Shown: one piece after another, positions 1-9,325 of the stretch
How the letters are laid out: each line of letters begins with the position of its first letter
Numbering within the stretch: the first letter of the stretch is position 1
NCBI GenBank assembly: GCA_045617605.1
Contig: JAZLIX010000017.1
Span: 1-33,109, forward strand
Length of the DNA stretch: 33,109 nt
Direction of reading: 5' to 3'
From: Alphaproteobacteria bacterium
GTDB taxonomy: Bacteria; Pseudomonadota; Alphaproteobacteria; CAAHEQ01; UBA3637
Notes under the pieces: generated by a model
Told to the model about the DNA's origin: nothing
The model's database searches: none
What the model saw: only the letters and a program-made list of their open reading frames with translations
Made by a program: the position numbers and the translations under genes

Positions 1-304
1 TCATTTTATCCTTTCTGTTTTTATATTTTCGTTTGTATACAAACTTAAAGTTCTTTTAAGTTATATCCTCATCATAGCTAAATTTCATGATTTGTCCAGC
101 TCTTTTTTAATAAAAATAAGGAAAAGTGATAAAAAAATCCACTTTGTTAATAAAAAATTAACTTTTTTCGTTCTATGATTGGCAAGAAAGAATATCTGTT
201 CATCTTGAACGAGTGTGAAAGATTTTGTGATAAGGTTCTTCAAAAATCTGTCTCTTTCAGGATGATGATGGGTATGTAAAGGGGTTAGCAAAAGGGAAAA
301 ACAG

Positions 305-1120
305 ATGCAACAAAAAAGTTTTATGCTCTTTCTGTTTTGTTTATGTGGTACATCATTACCAGTGTTGTCAGCTGATTTGTTGGCTGATGAACAAGGGCCG
401 ACTGCACCTGAGGCTGTGGCAACTGTTACGGCGGGTGAAGATTTCTTACTTCCTTCTTATGTTGTTCCTAATGAAAATTCTACTTATTCTCGGGAACCAA
501 CACCAGTTCCTTCCGAAATTGACATTTTAAACGAAATTTTTGGTACCTCTGAATCGGCAGAAATTGCCCCACAAAAAATCAGTAAGCCAATACAACACAC
601 TTTTTCCCCTAGAACAGGCGTTCAAAATGCGAATGAAGAACCTTTATTGACTCCTTTGCCTCCTCTTCCTGTTATTCAGAATGATGTCACTATTGAACCT
701 AAAAAAGTTGCTTTTAAACAGACAAAGTATGTAGATCAGGTTTTGGCTATGGCAAGTGATGCGGGATCGACTGTAACAATGCCACGTGAAATTCGAATTA
801 CGTTTTATCCTGGTCAATCCACTTTTTCTGCTCAAGCGTTGAAATGGGCAAAATCTTTTGCTGTACGTGTTGTGAATCATCCAACTTTATTAGCTGAAAT
901 TCGTGTAAGTGAGAATCATTGGTCTGTTCAGGAAAAACGTTTGGCTGTTTTATTACAAATTTTAAAAGAGGTGGGGGTTTCTTCCCATCAGGTGCGCTTG
1001 TATAAAACAGGACGTGATGAAAATACGATTTTAATGGGATATACTGAAAATCCTGATTATACAGGTATTGGAAAAACAAAAAATTCAAAAGAAGGGATGC
1101 AAAAAACGATTGATTGGTAA
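305..1120 (+). CDS. Exported protein, first gene of the type IVb pilus operon. The C-terminal part loosely resembles an OmpA/MotB-like domain.
   Basis: ATG at 305. N-terminal hydrophobic signal MQQKSFMLFLFCLCGTSLPVLSA/DLL. The C-terminal ITFYPGQSTFS...QEKRLAVLLQILKEVGVSSHQVRLYKTG follows the OmpA_C spacing but lacks the usual core residues. Same strand as the downstream pil genes and close to them. Confidence 0.5.
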   Translation: MQQKSFMLFLFCLCGTSLPVLSADLLADEQGPTAPEAVATVTAGEDFLLPSYVVPNENSTYSREPTPVPSEIDILNEIFGTSESAEIAPQKISKPIQHTFSPRTGVQNANEEPLLTPLPPLPVIQNDVTIEPKKVAFKQTKYVDQVLAMASDAGSTVTMPREIRITFYPGQSTFSAQALKWAKSFAVRVVNHPTLLAEIRVSENHWSVQEKRLAVLLQILKEVGVSSHQVRLYKTGRDENTILMGYTENPDYTGIGKTKNSKEGMQKTIDW

Positions 1121-1180
1121 AAAAGGCTTGTATCTTTTAAAAATATCGTGTATCCTGACATAAAGAAAGGGAGTGGGAAG

Positions 1181-1945
1181 ATGAAAAAAATATTTTTTAA
1201 GACTTTGGTTTTGGCGTCCGTTTGGGTTTTGCCAGCATCAGCTCAACAATTTATTGATTGTTCGGAAGGGGATGCAACGTGTGATGTTTTGTATGCGACG
1301 GATGAATTGTTTACGTCAGGAAATCAAAATTCTGTTCAAGTAGCTGATTGGACGCAATTAAAAACAAATGATAAGCCATTGGCGGAATCTAAACCAATGA
1401 ATACTTTACCTTCTGGAAATAATTATCGAGTTGTTTTACCCAAAGGGGCTACAGTCAGTGAAGGTCCTAATGCAGTAGTTGTGCCAAGTAAAAAAACAAA
1501 TTCACGTGTTGATGTGTTGCCTGATGGTTCTGTTCAAACAACAACAATTGAAGTGACAACACAAGAAACGCCAGGTGGGTATCAGGAAACGACAAAACGG
1601 ATCGAACGTTTGGATACAGAAAAACAAGGGGCTGTTTGGGTTGAAAAATCCTTGACAGATAAAGTGGATTATGGGGATGCTGCCCATGATTGGGAAGCTC
1701 CACGTGGAGAAACGCTACGCTCTTTGTTAATGCAATGGGGTGAGGTTTCTGGTTGGACTGTTGTTTGGAAATTAGATAAAGATTATAAGCTAGAGGCAGG
1801 GGTTGTCTTCCGTGGTACATTTACCGAGGTGGCTAGTGCTATTATTCGGACATTTGCACGGGCTGTTCCTGCTCCAATTGGAACCTTTTATAAGGGGAAT
1901 CGTGTCTTAGTCGTCAGTATACAGGAGGATGAGAATGCGCATTAA
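1181..1945 (+). CDS. TcpQ/PilL-like domain protein (secretin-associated periplasmic component of type IVb pili)
   Basis: ATG at 1181 with RBS gggagtgggaag, preferred over the track's GTG at 1148. Signal peptide MKKIFFKTLVLASVWVLPASA/QQ. The C-terminal WEAPRGETLRSLLMQWGEVSGWTVVWKLDKDYKLEAGVVFRGTFTEVASAIIRTF matches the TcpQ-type domain pattern as I remember it. Confidence 0.65.
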   Translation: MKKIFFKTLVLASVWVLPASAQQFIDCSEGDATCDVLYATDELFTSGNQNSVQVADWTQLKTNDKPLAESKPMNTLPSGNNYRVVLPKGATVSEGPNAVVVPSKKTNSRVDVLPDGSVQTTTIEVTTQETPGGYQETTKRIERLDTEKQGAVWVEKSLTDKVDYGDAAHDWEAPRGETLRSLLMQWGEVSGWTVVWKLDKDYKLEAGVVFRGTFTEVASAIIRTFARAVPAPIGTFYKGNRVLVVSIQEDENAH

Positions 1946-3533
1946 AAATTTAACATTTGCTTTGTTGGCAAGCTGTTTTGTTTTGGCATCATGTAATAAG
2001 TATGCAGCTGAAACAGATAAGCGTATTGAAACAACTTTGGCTCGTGTGGAAGAATATAGAGAAATTGCAGAAATTCCTGATTTACCGGAAGCTGTGGATA
2101 CTGTTCGTGTACAAAATGATATTTGGTTGGGGGCGAACAGCACTAAGATTATGGAAGGAGAAGCTTTACCTTCTTGGGTAGAAAAAGAAGATGGAATTAC
2201 AATGGCCATTTCTGAAGATGCTAAGCTTCCTGATATTATTCAAGAAATTTCGGATATGACAGGGATTACTATTCGTATAGATGATTTAAAAGCAGAAAAT
2301 GCCATTCCAGAAGAAACAGTTTCTGTTAAATATTCTGGAAAACTGAGTGGTTTTTTGAACTATTTGTCTAATCGTTATGGACTTTATTGGCGCTATAAAG
2401 ATGATGTCATTACCTTTTATACGCAAGAAACACGTGTTTTTACTGTGTATGCTTTACCAACAGAGACTTCTTTGACGGCCAGTATGAGTGGGGCAACCAT
2501 GGGTGAAAGTGGTGGCGGAAATGCAACTTCCAATTTGTCTGTTAATTCGGATTTAAAGGTATGGGACAGTATTGAAGAAGGGGTTAAACAAGTTGTTGGC
2601 GAAAATGGCAAATTATCATTCAGTCGTGTGGCGGGAACTGTGACTGTGACGGCTAGTCCTTATATAGTGAAAAAAGTGGCCGCTTATATTGCCAATTGGA
2701 ATGAAAAACTTTCTCGTCAAGTGGCTATTACTGTTCGGATTATTCAGGTTACATTGAATAATGAAGATAACTATGGATTAGATTTGAACGCCGCTTTTGG
2801 TAGCAGTCGTATTAAAAGTTCTTTCATGACTTCAATTCCTGAGGCGGGGGCCAGTGCTGTCGCTGGAAACCTGGCAATGACTCTGTTGAAACCAGGAAAG
2901 TGGAGTGGTTCTAAGGCAGTCATCAATGCTTTGTCTACGCAAGGAAAGACTCAAATGGTGACCAGTTCATCTGTGACAACTTTGAACAATAAGGTGGCAC
3001 CTGTTCAAATTTCTACTTCCAAAAATTACCTGAAAGAAATTACAGTGACGACATCTGGAACAAACGAAGATAAAAGTACGGATACAGATTATGAAGTAGA
3101 TACTCTTAATTATGGCTTTACTATGGAAATTTTACCCAGAATTTTGGATCATGGTCGGTTGATTGTCTTGTTTAACCTATCTATTACAGACTTTTTGGGA
3201 TTTGAAAAGGTTGGTACAGCAGGAGAGGATTCTGGCTCTGGTGAAGGGGGAGATGAGGATTCTGAATCAGAAGTAACAAACTTGCAATTACCTACAATGC
3301 AAATGCGTGGATTTGTGCAAGAAATTGCAATGCGTTCTGGTCAAACCTTAGTTCTGACAGGATTTGAAGATTTACTTGAAACAACTTCCACATCTGGTAT
3401 TGGTAAACCGAAAATGGGATTATTGGGTGGTACAGCTTATGATAGTACAGAACGTCGTGTTTTGGTGATTACCATGACACCTGAGGTTTTGCAATCCCCC
3501 TTAGCTCCAGAAGCTTTAATGAGAGATTATTAA
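1935..3533 (+). CDS. pilN: Type IVb pilus secretin lipoprotein (PilN family)
   Basis: AGGAGG at 1923-1928, then ATG at 1935; the track's ATG at 1929 abuts the SD. Lipobox VLASC near the N-terminus. C-terminal secretin-like blocks: NYGLDLNAAFG, TTLNNKVAPVQISTSKNY, LQLPTMQMRGFVQEIAMRSGQTLVLTGFED, RRVLVITMTPEVL. Sits in the R64 pilN position upstream of pilO/P/Q/R. Confidence 0.8.
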   Translation: MRIKNLTFALLASCFVLASCNKYAAETDKRIETTLARVEEYREIAEIPDLPEAVDTVRVQNDIWLGANSTKIMEGEALPSWVEKEDGITMAISEDAKLPDIIQEISDMTGITIRIDDLKAENAIPEETVSVKYSGKLSGFLNYLSNRYGLYWRYKDDVITFYTQETRVFTVYALPTETSLTASMSGATMGESGGGNATSNLSVNSDLKVWDSIEEGVKQVVGENGKLSFSRVAGTVTVTASPYIVKKVAAYIANWNEKLSRQVAITVRIIQVTLNNEDNYGLDLNAAFGSSRIKSSFMTSIPEAGASAVAGNLAMTLLKPGKWSGSKAVINALSTQGKTQMVTSSSVTTLNNKVAPVQISTSKNYLKEITVTTSGTNEDKSTDTDYEVDTLNYGFTMEILPRILDHGRLIVLFNLSITDFLGFEKVGTAGEDSGSGEGGDEDSESEVTNLQLPTMQMRGFVQEIAMRSGQTLVLTGFEDLLETTSTSGIGKPKMGLLGGTAYDSTERRVLVITMTPEVLQSPLAPEALMRDY

Positions 3534-3542
3534 GGAGATAAC

Positions 3543-4865
3543 ATGGACGAATCCATCCCTATGCCTTCTGAAACGCCACAACAAAGCCGGTTGAGATCTT
3601 CAGCTGGGGTTGTGACGGTCAAGGGGCAACATTATGCTGTGGGATTGATTTGGCAACCTCTACAAAATTTGGATGATCCGATTTTAGAGGTTCGTGAAAC
3701 GGCCGAATCTGAAATGGGGGCTGACCTTTATTGTTTACGTCCTGCAGCAACCCCTCAATATGGTATTGGGCGAACAGAGTTAGAACATCGTGATGGGATG
3801 CCCTCTTTGGCAGCGGCTGTTGCTTCTGTTTTCACTGATCAATCTTCTTTCTGTGGTGTTTTTAAAGTTGATGAAGGTTGGTGGTTGATTGCCATTCGTA
3901 ATGATTTGATTTTAGCAGAAGAGGATGTTGTTTTTGCTAATGAAGAGGAGGCTCAGCGGGCTTATGCCTCTATGATGGCTGTGCCAGATTGGGGGTTACG
4001 GATTGTTCCAGAAGAATGGCAAATGGAAGGAGCGGAATATCGTGATCTTTCTTTTGTTTTACAAAAAGCTCGTAAGATTCGTTTACAACCAATTAATGCT
4101 GTTCGCCGGACAAAGTTTTTGTTATTTATTACTATTTTAATTCTGGCCGCTCTTGTATGGTTAGGGTATTCTTTGTTTTCTTTGTGGAAAAATGTTTTTC
4201 CACCTGAAAAAATTCGGGTGGTTGAACAACCGACTGTATTGCCTCCTGTTCGTCCAGAACCAGAAAAACCAAAACCATGGGAAAAAGTGGTGGATTTGCC
4301 GGCTTTCTTTAATCAATGTTGGACAAGTGTTTATCAAATTCGGTCAATTGTTGTTCCTGGTTGGACGATGGGGAATATTGAATGTACGGTTGCTGGTGCC
4401 AGTACTTCGTGGCGTTTGACAGATGTTCAAACTGGTCGTTTGACATGGATGAATTTTGGATTGGATGAATATCAATTAGTCAATATGAAAGTGGATGTAT
4501 CTGCTAGTGGTGATTCTGCAAATGGTATGCTTCCTTTTACTAAGTTACCAATGGTGGCTTCTGTTCCTAAACTAACCTCTCTTGAATTAGAGGATGATTT
4601 AAAGGAAATCAAACAAGCAATGAATTTACAAGGATTTCAATATTCACGTCAAAGTTTATTGGATCCACCCAATCGTCCTGATGGAACACGTCCAGCTAAT
4701 CAAAAGTCTTATACTTTTTATTCGTTTACGTTAAGTTCGCCTTTTCCACCACAGGAATGGGAGAAATTTTTTGGAAAGTTTTCGGGAGTAGAGTTATTGC
4801 GGATACAATATACTCCAAGCAATGGTAATAATTGGACATATGAAGGGAGAATTTATGCAAAATAA
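3543..4865 (+). CDS. pilO: Type IVb pilus biogenesis protein PilO (PilO2 family), bitopic membrane protein
   Basis: 440 aa. The N-terminal VKGQHYAVGLIWQPL block is typical of PilO2-type proteins. Single central TM segment FLLFITILILAALVWLGYSLFSLW. Syntenic position between the secretin and PilP. Confidence 0.7.
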   Translation: MDESIPMPSETPQQSRLRSSAGVVTVKGQHYAVGLIWQPLQNLDDPILEVRETAESEMGADLYCLRPAATPQYGIGRTELEHRDGMPSLAAAVASVFTDQSSFCGVFKVDEGWWLIAIRNDLILAEEDVVFANEEEAQRAYASMMAVPDWGLRIVPEEWQMEGAEYRDLSFVLQKARKIRLQPINAVRRTKFLLFITILILAALVWLGYSLFSLWKNVFPPEKIRVVEQPTVLPPVRPEPEKPKPWEKVVDLPAFFNQCWTSVYQIRSIVVPGWTMGNIECTVAGASTSWRLTDVQTGRLTWMNFGLDEYQLVNMKVDVSASGDSANGMLPFTKLPMVASVPKLTSLELEDDLKEIKQAMNLQGFQYSRQSLLDPPNRPDGTRPANQKSYTFYSFTLSSPFPPQEWEKFFGKFSGVELLRIQYTPSNGNNWTYEGRIYAK

Positions 4866-5739
4866 ACATGTTTCTTTAATCGTTTTGACAGCATTTTTAA
4901 TGGCAACAGATGTCATGGCGCAAGAAGTTGATTTATTAGCTGATACAAAAACAGGAACACTTGTTTCCGAAAGTGAAACTTTGGATTCTCTGTCTGATCT
5001 TTCGGCGGATATCAGTCAAAAAAAGACGGTGGATTTTCCTCCACGTTCTTCTTTAGATTCAATGGAATTGGCACCTCTTCCTGGTATTTATGAAACGGAT
5101 ATGAATGGTCCTCAACCCATGGCAGAATCTGTTTCTGTCAACGATCTTCCCAGTGAACAGTTATTGGGACGTTTGACTCCTGAAGTTTTTCAGGAAATGG
5201 CAGAATTGGAACGTGATAATGCTTATTTAAAATTACAAATTCAAAAACAGGAAATGAAAAATTCTTTGGAACAGGCTCGGGCACAATATCGTCAAGCTCG
5301 GTTGGATGAAATTGATAAGCGTGAAGGGGTTGTTCGTAATCGTATTCAATGGTGGCAAGAACAAGAAAAGTTACGTCAAGAGGTTGAAAAAGAACGTCAG
5401 GCAGCGGAGGAAGTTAAAAATAAAATGGCTGAAGCAGAGGCTTTAAAAGCTCAATTAGAAGCTGAGGCGGCCAATCAAAATCGGGAACAAATAAAAGAAT
5501 TAGAAGAGGAAGAAAATGAAGAGCTTTTGCCGACAACTCCAGCTGTTGTTTTGTATTCTTTGGTAAATGTTAAAGGAACACGTGGGAATTTAACCGCACG
5601 TGTGAAAAACATTGCTACAGATGAGATACAAACTGTTAAGGTGGGTGATAAATTAAATGGAGAAGTGATTACAGCAATTACTTCAGAAACAGTTGTTGTA
5701 GATAGAAATGGAATGGAATACGTCATTCAATTCCCTTAA
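4855..5739 (+). CDS. pilP: PilP-like pilus biogenesis protein with a long coiled-coil insert
   Basis: ATG at 4855 with RBS gaaggga, overlapping the pilO stop by 11 nt. Signal peptide MQNKHVSLIVLTAFLMATDVMA/QE. E/Q/K/A-rich coiled coil. The C-terminal beta-rich VVLYSLVNVKG...VKVGDKLNGEVITAITSETVVVDRNG resembles the PilP domain. Syntenic position. Confidence 0.6.
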   Translation: MQNKHVSLIVLTAFLMATDVMAQEVDLLADTKTGTLVSESETLDSLSDLSADISQKKTVDFPPRSSLDSMELAPLPGIYETDMNGPQPMAESVSVNDLPSEQLLGRLTPEVFQEMAELERDNAYLKLQIQKQEMKNSLEQARAQYRQARLDEIDKREGVVRNRIQWWQEQEKLRQEVEKERQAAEEVKNKMAEAEALKAQLEAEAANQNREQIKELEEEENEELLPTTPAVVLYSLVNVKGTRGNLTARVKNIATDEIQTVKVGDKLNGEVITAITSETVVVDRNGMEYVIQFP

Positions 5740-5756
5740 CTGAGCAGGTATTATCA

Positions 5757-7709
5757 ATGGATGAGAAGGAACAAAATTCGATTTCACAGGAAAGTGTTTC
5801 TGCTGATTCGTCTGAAGTAATTCAGGGAGCTGAACAGCAGTCCATTGATGTGTCCAAATCTGAAGAAACTCCTTTAGAAGGGATGATGGTTGCAAGTCAG
5901 ATTTTGGCTCCACCCAAACCATTGGAAGACAGTTTAAATACTTTAAAAGAATATCAAAGTGAACAATCACAAGAAGCTCCTCAAGCGTCTGTTCAACCTG
6001 AAGAAATTACTGCTGAAACAAAATTGACAGTGGAAGAGGATCCGAATTTTAAAGGAGATAATCCTGATGTACAGGCTCCACCAGGTGGGTCACCTTATGC
6101 CACTCCTGAATATGATAATAAGGATTATGGTTCACCCCAGTTTTTTAAAGATTTGTTTTCAAACGGAAATGAATGTGTAACCAGTACAACTGGTTCGTTT
6201 GCAGTCAATGATGAAACAAGGGCTATGTTGGCTTTGTTTTCCAATGGCCGATTGTTTGTTGTGGAAGATCATAAGTATGATGGTCGAGTTTTGGGATTTG
6301 AATATTTGGCTAAAAAAAGGCGTTTACAAATTGGTCAGCCAGAATATGTTCCTGCAGGTATTTTGAATGATATTTATAGTTATGCTGTTCAGATGCATAA
6401 CGCTTCTGTGATTGCAACAGATGATGAAACGCAACGTCAGACCAGAATGCAACGTGACTTTGTGACGGTGATTTCTCGGGCAGCGATTAATCACGTTTCT
6501 GACGTTCACATTGTAGTGGCAGAGCATACGACCGTTATGTTTCGTGTGAATGGATTAATGCAAACAGAAATGGAATATAATAAAGATTGGGGTGAAAGTT
6601 TTGTACGTGCAGCATTTGCTTCTGCTGATATTTCGGATGCCAACTATGCTCAGAATGAATATCAAGCAGCACAGAAATTGGGACGGACACCACTTCGTGG
6701 TTCTGGGGGTCGATTGGTTCTTCCTAAAAATGTGTTGGGTTTACGTTTACAATTTAACCCGATTGCGTTTGGTTCACGTTATGTTGTTATTCGTATTTTG
6801 TATGCAGATGAAAATGCGGCTTCTGGTGAAGAATCCATTAAAGCACTGGGCTATGGTAAATACGAATTGGATACATTTCGGTACTTACGCTCTATTCCTA
6901 CAGGAATTGTGATTGTTTCAGGACCAACAGGTTCTGGTAAATCAACTACTTTGCAACGAAATATGATAGCCATGTTACAGGAACGTAATTATGAAACTAA
7001 CTTGATTACGGTGGAAGATCCTCCTGAATATCCTATTCCTGGGGCTCGTCAAATGCCTGTGACCAATGCGGGAATTGAAGAGGCTAAAGATCGTGAATTT
7101 ACAAAGGCTTTAGCGGCGGCTCTGCGTTCTGATCCGGATTCATTGATGATTGGGGAAATTCGAACATTGTCAGCAGCTGATTTGGCTTTCCGTGGTGCTC
7201 TTTCAGGGCATAATGTGTGGTCAACGTTGCATGCTAATACGGCGGCGGCTGTATTATTACGTTTGCGAGATATTGGGGTTGAAAATTTTAAGTTGGAAGA
7301 TCCATCTATTATGCGGGGGATGTTGGCTCAGCGACTTTTCCGAAAACTTTGTCCACATTGCCGGATTCCTGCTCGTACACAATTAGATAATCCTGCTATT
7401 CAACGTTTACGTGAAGCTTATGGGGATATAGGGGTGGAAAGGGCTTATTTACGTGGTCCAGGATGTGAAGAATGTGATTTCCATGGAGTAAGTGGCCGAA
7501 CAGCCATTGCGGAATTTATTTTGCCTGATGCAACCTTTTTGGATTTAATGTTAAAAGGGGAATCACAAAAGGCAATGAATTATTGGATTTCAGATCTAAA
7601 AGGTCGAACATTGCGTGAAAATGCGGTAGAGCGGATGTTTAACGGGATATTGGATATTGATGAAGTTGAACGTTGGACTGGTCCAATCAATCGAAATGCC
7701 GTAGGTTAA
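5757..7709 (+). CDS. pilQ: Type IVb pilus assembly ATPase (GspE/PilB superfamily; PilQ in R64 nomenclature)
   Basis: Walker A GPTGSGKST, Asp box TVEDPPEY, Walker B DSLMIGEIR, His box GHNVWSTLHAN, and the tetracysteine motif CPHC...CEEC. About 150 aa of acidic low-complexity N-terminal extension. Confidence 0.9.
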   Translation: MDEKEQNSISQESVSADSSEVIQGAEQQSIDVSKSEETPLEGMMVASQILAPPKPLEDSLNTLKEYQSEQSQEAPQASVQPEEITAETKLTVEEDPNFKGDNPDVQAPPGGSPYATPEYDNKDYGSPQFFKDLFSNGNECVTSTTGSFAVNDETRAMLALFSNGRLFVVEDHKYDGRVLGFEYLAKKRRLQIGQPEYVPAGILNDIYSYAVQMHNASVIATDDETQRQTRMQRDFVTVISRAAINHVSDVHIVVAEHTTVMFRVNGLMQTEMEYNKDWGESFVRAAFASADISDANYAQNEYQAAQKLGRTPLRGSGGRLVLPKNVLGLRLQFNPIAFGSRYVVIRILYADENAASGEESIKALGYGKYELDTFRYLRSIPTGIVIVSGPTGSGKSTTLQRNMIAMLQERNYETNLITVEDPPEYPIPGARQMPVTNAGIEEAKDREFTKALAAALRSDPDSLMIGEIRTLSAADLAFRGALSGHNVWSTLHANTAAAVLLRLRDIGVENFKLEDPSIMRGMLAQRLFRKLCPHCRIPARTQLDNPAIQRLREAYGDIGVERAYLRGPGCEECDFHGVSGRTAIAEFILPDATFLDLMLKGESQKAMNYWISDLKGRTLRENAVERMFNGILDIDEVERWTGPINRNAVG

Positions 7710-7720
7710 AGGAGGGATAA

Positions 7721-8827
7721 ATGGCAACAAAAGAACAGGGAAGTTTTTTAGATACGCTTAATATAGGTTATGCCCATGCAATGGTCAGATTACATGCTGA
7801 AGACCGTTTGGAAATGTATCGTAAGTTAGCTGCTCTTTTAAAAAACCGCTTTTCTTTGATGGATGCCTTGGAACGACTTTATCAAATTGCCAGTAAAGAT
7901 GGAAAGAATAAGGAAGATTCAATGGCTTTGGCAATTACCAGTTGGATGACTCAAATACGAAATGGTAGTACCTTTTCAGAAGCTTTGCGTGGATGGGCAC
8001 CCAGTACTGAATTATTGCTGTTGTCTGTTGGTGATGTTTCAAATTTGGAAACAGCCTTACAGCATACCGTACGTGTGGTGGAGGGGATGAACAAAATGCG
8101 TGAGTTGGTCTGGGGCGCTGTGGCTTATCCTTTGTTCTTGTTGTCAATGGTTTCCTTGCTTATTTGGGCAGTTGCTAAGTTCATGGTGCCACCGATGAAA
8201 GAGGCTGTTCCTAATTTACAGTGGAAAGGAATAGCTGCCACTTTGGTGAATATGTCAGTTTTTGTGGATCAGCATCCTATTTTTTTGTTTTCAATATTAC
8301 CAGTGATAGTGGTTATAGTCTTACTTACGTTCCCTTATTGGAAAGGGGCGGGGCGTGCTACGGCTGACAAGATGCCACCATGGTCTATCTATCGGACATT
8401 TATCGGAGTCAGCTGGTTGTTGGCATTATCGGCTTTGGTACGGGCGGGGATGCCTGTGTCACGTGCTGTACGTGCTTTGATGGGAAATGAGGCGAGCCCT
8501 TATTTAAAATATCGATTGAATAGAACGCTACTTTACATCAATAACGGGGATAACTTGGGGGAAGCCCTTTATCATACCCATTTAGGTTTTCCAGATGAAG
8601 AAGTGGTTGGGGATTTGCGGATTTATGCTGAATTGGATACCTTCCAGGAGGCTTTGGAAAACCTGGCAAACGGGTGGTTGGAATCTTCTATTCGGGATAT
8701 TGATAAAAAAGCTGCCATCTTGAATGGGTTCGCCATTTTAATGATTGCTGGTGTCATTGGTTGGGTTGTTTGGGGTACCTTTGAAATGCAAAACCAAATG
8801 GTCAGTGGAATGGGTTTAGGCGGTTAA
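7721..8827 (+). CDS. pilR: Type IVb pilus inner-membrane platform protein (GspF/PilC family; PilR in R64 nomenclature)
   Basis: 368 aa. RBS aggaggg before ATG at 7721. Two cytoplasmic helical repeats and three hydrophobic segments, as in GspF-like proteins. Immediately follows the ATPase gene. Confidence 0.8.
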   Translation: MATKEQGSFLDTLNIGYAHAMVRLHAEDRLEMYRKLAALLKNRFSLMDALERLYQIASKDGKNKEDSMALAITSWMTQIRNGSTFSEALRGWAPSTELLLLSVGDVSNLETALQHTVRVVEGMNKMRELVWGAVAYPLFLLSMVSLLIWAVAKFMVPPMKEAVPNLQWKGIAATLVNMSVFVDQHPIFLFSILPVIVVIVLLTFPYWKGAGRATADKMPPWSIYRTFIGVSWLLALSALVRAGMPVSRAVRALMGNEASPYLKYRLNRTLLYINNGDNLGEALYHTHLGFPDEEVVGDLRIYAELDTFQEALENLANGWLESSIRDIDKKAAILNGFAILMIAGVIGWVVWGTFEMQNQMVSGMGLGG

Positions 8828-8998
8828 AGGGCGTGCATTCCCTACATTCAAGGCGAAAAAGTTTAAACATTTCTTGATTTTTGTCCAAAAACTGTCATCC
8901 TTTGGGGTGGGGGTTAGGGCGCTGATAGCACTGGCTCCAGTGACAATGGATGTTAAAGCTGTGATAATATCGTTAAAGTAAGTAATAATAAAATTCAT
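8816..8998 (-). CDS. Small phage membrane protein, possibly a holin-like lysis factor
   Basis: 60 aa. RBS ggagaa before ATG at 8998. N-terminal hydrophobic helix, then a TPTPKDD motif seen in small phage membrane proteins. Last gene of the particle operon, next to the endolysin. The 3' end overlaps the pilR stop by 12 nt. Confidence 0.45.
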   Translation of the reverse strand: MNFIITYFNDIITALTSIVTGASAISALTPTPKDDSFWTKIKKCLNFFALNVGNARPLTA

Positions 8999-9007
8999 TT
9001 TATTCTC

Positions 9008-9316
9008 CTATTTTAAAATCAGGTTAAGTAAGGCAATTGAAATAGCTGTGACAGTGGTTAAGGCGATTGTTCCCATTAATGAACGAAGGGGGGCAATTTC
9101 ACGTCGCAGTACAAATTCCTGGCGCAGTTGATTATGAATCTCTTGGCAAGTTTTTTTGTTTTGCACAGAGCCCATAAAATTCAAGAGTTCTGTATGAACA
9201 GAGGTAATTTGGGTTGATAAATCGGCAACTTGGCATTTAATTTCTGCCAGTTGCTTTTGTTGTGAATCGGCCAAGGCCATCAGGCGACCGATTTCCAGTG
9301 AAAAACTTTTTGGCAT
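9008..9316 (-). CDS. Coiled-coil protein with a C-terminal transmembrane anchor (lysis cassette member; spanin- or holin-like function unproven)
   Basis: 102 aa. RBS gaaagga. Heptad-like N-terminal region and the C-terminal TM TIALTTVTAISIALLNLIL. Lies 10 nt downstream of the endolysin gene. Confidence 0.45.
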   Translation of the reverse strand: MPKSFSLEIGRLMALADSQQKQLAEIKCQVADLSTQITSVHTELLNFMGSVQNKKTCQEIHNQLRQEFVLRREIAPLRSLMGTIALTTVTAISIALLNLILK

Positions 9317-9325
9317 TTTTTCCTT

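Noticed and set aside
1-4. tcat at the window start preceded (on the minus strand) by an aagga-like RBS, suggesting a minus-strand gene starting at position 4
   Set aside because: Only the start codon would be inside the window, so it cannot be supported.
198-210. GTTC-atctt-GAAC palindrome ~95 nt upstream of the first pil gene, considered as a possible LexA site
   Set aside because: It is an inverted repeat with 5-nt spacing, not the direct GTTC-N7-GTTC architecture seen at recA. Four-nt half-sites are frequent by chance.
85-291. 68-aa minus-strand ORF in the AT-rich region upstream of the pil operon
   Set aside because: No RBS, low-complexity K/F/L-rich translation, and it lies in what looks like the pil promoter region. 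Probably a chance ORF in AT-rich DNA.
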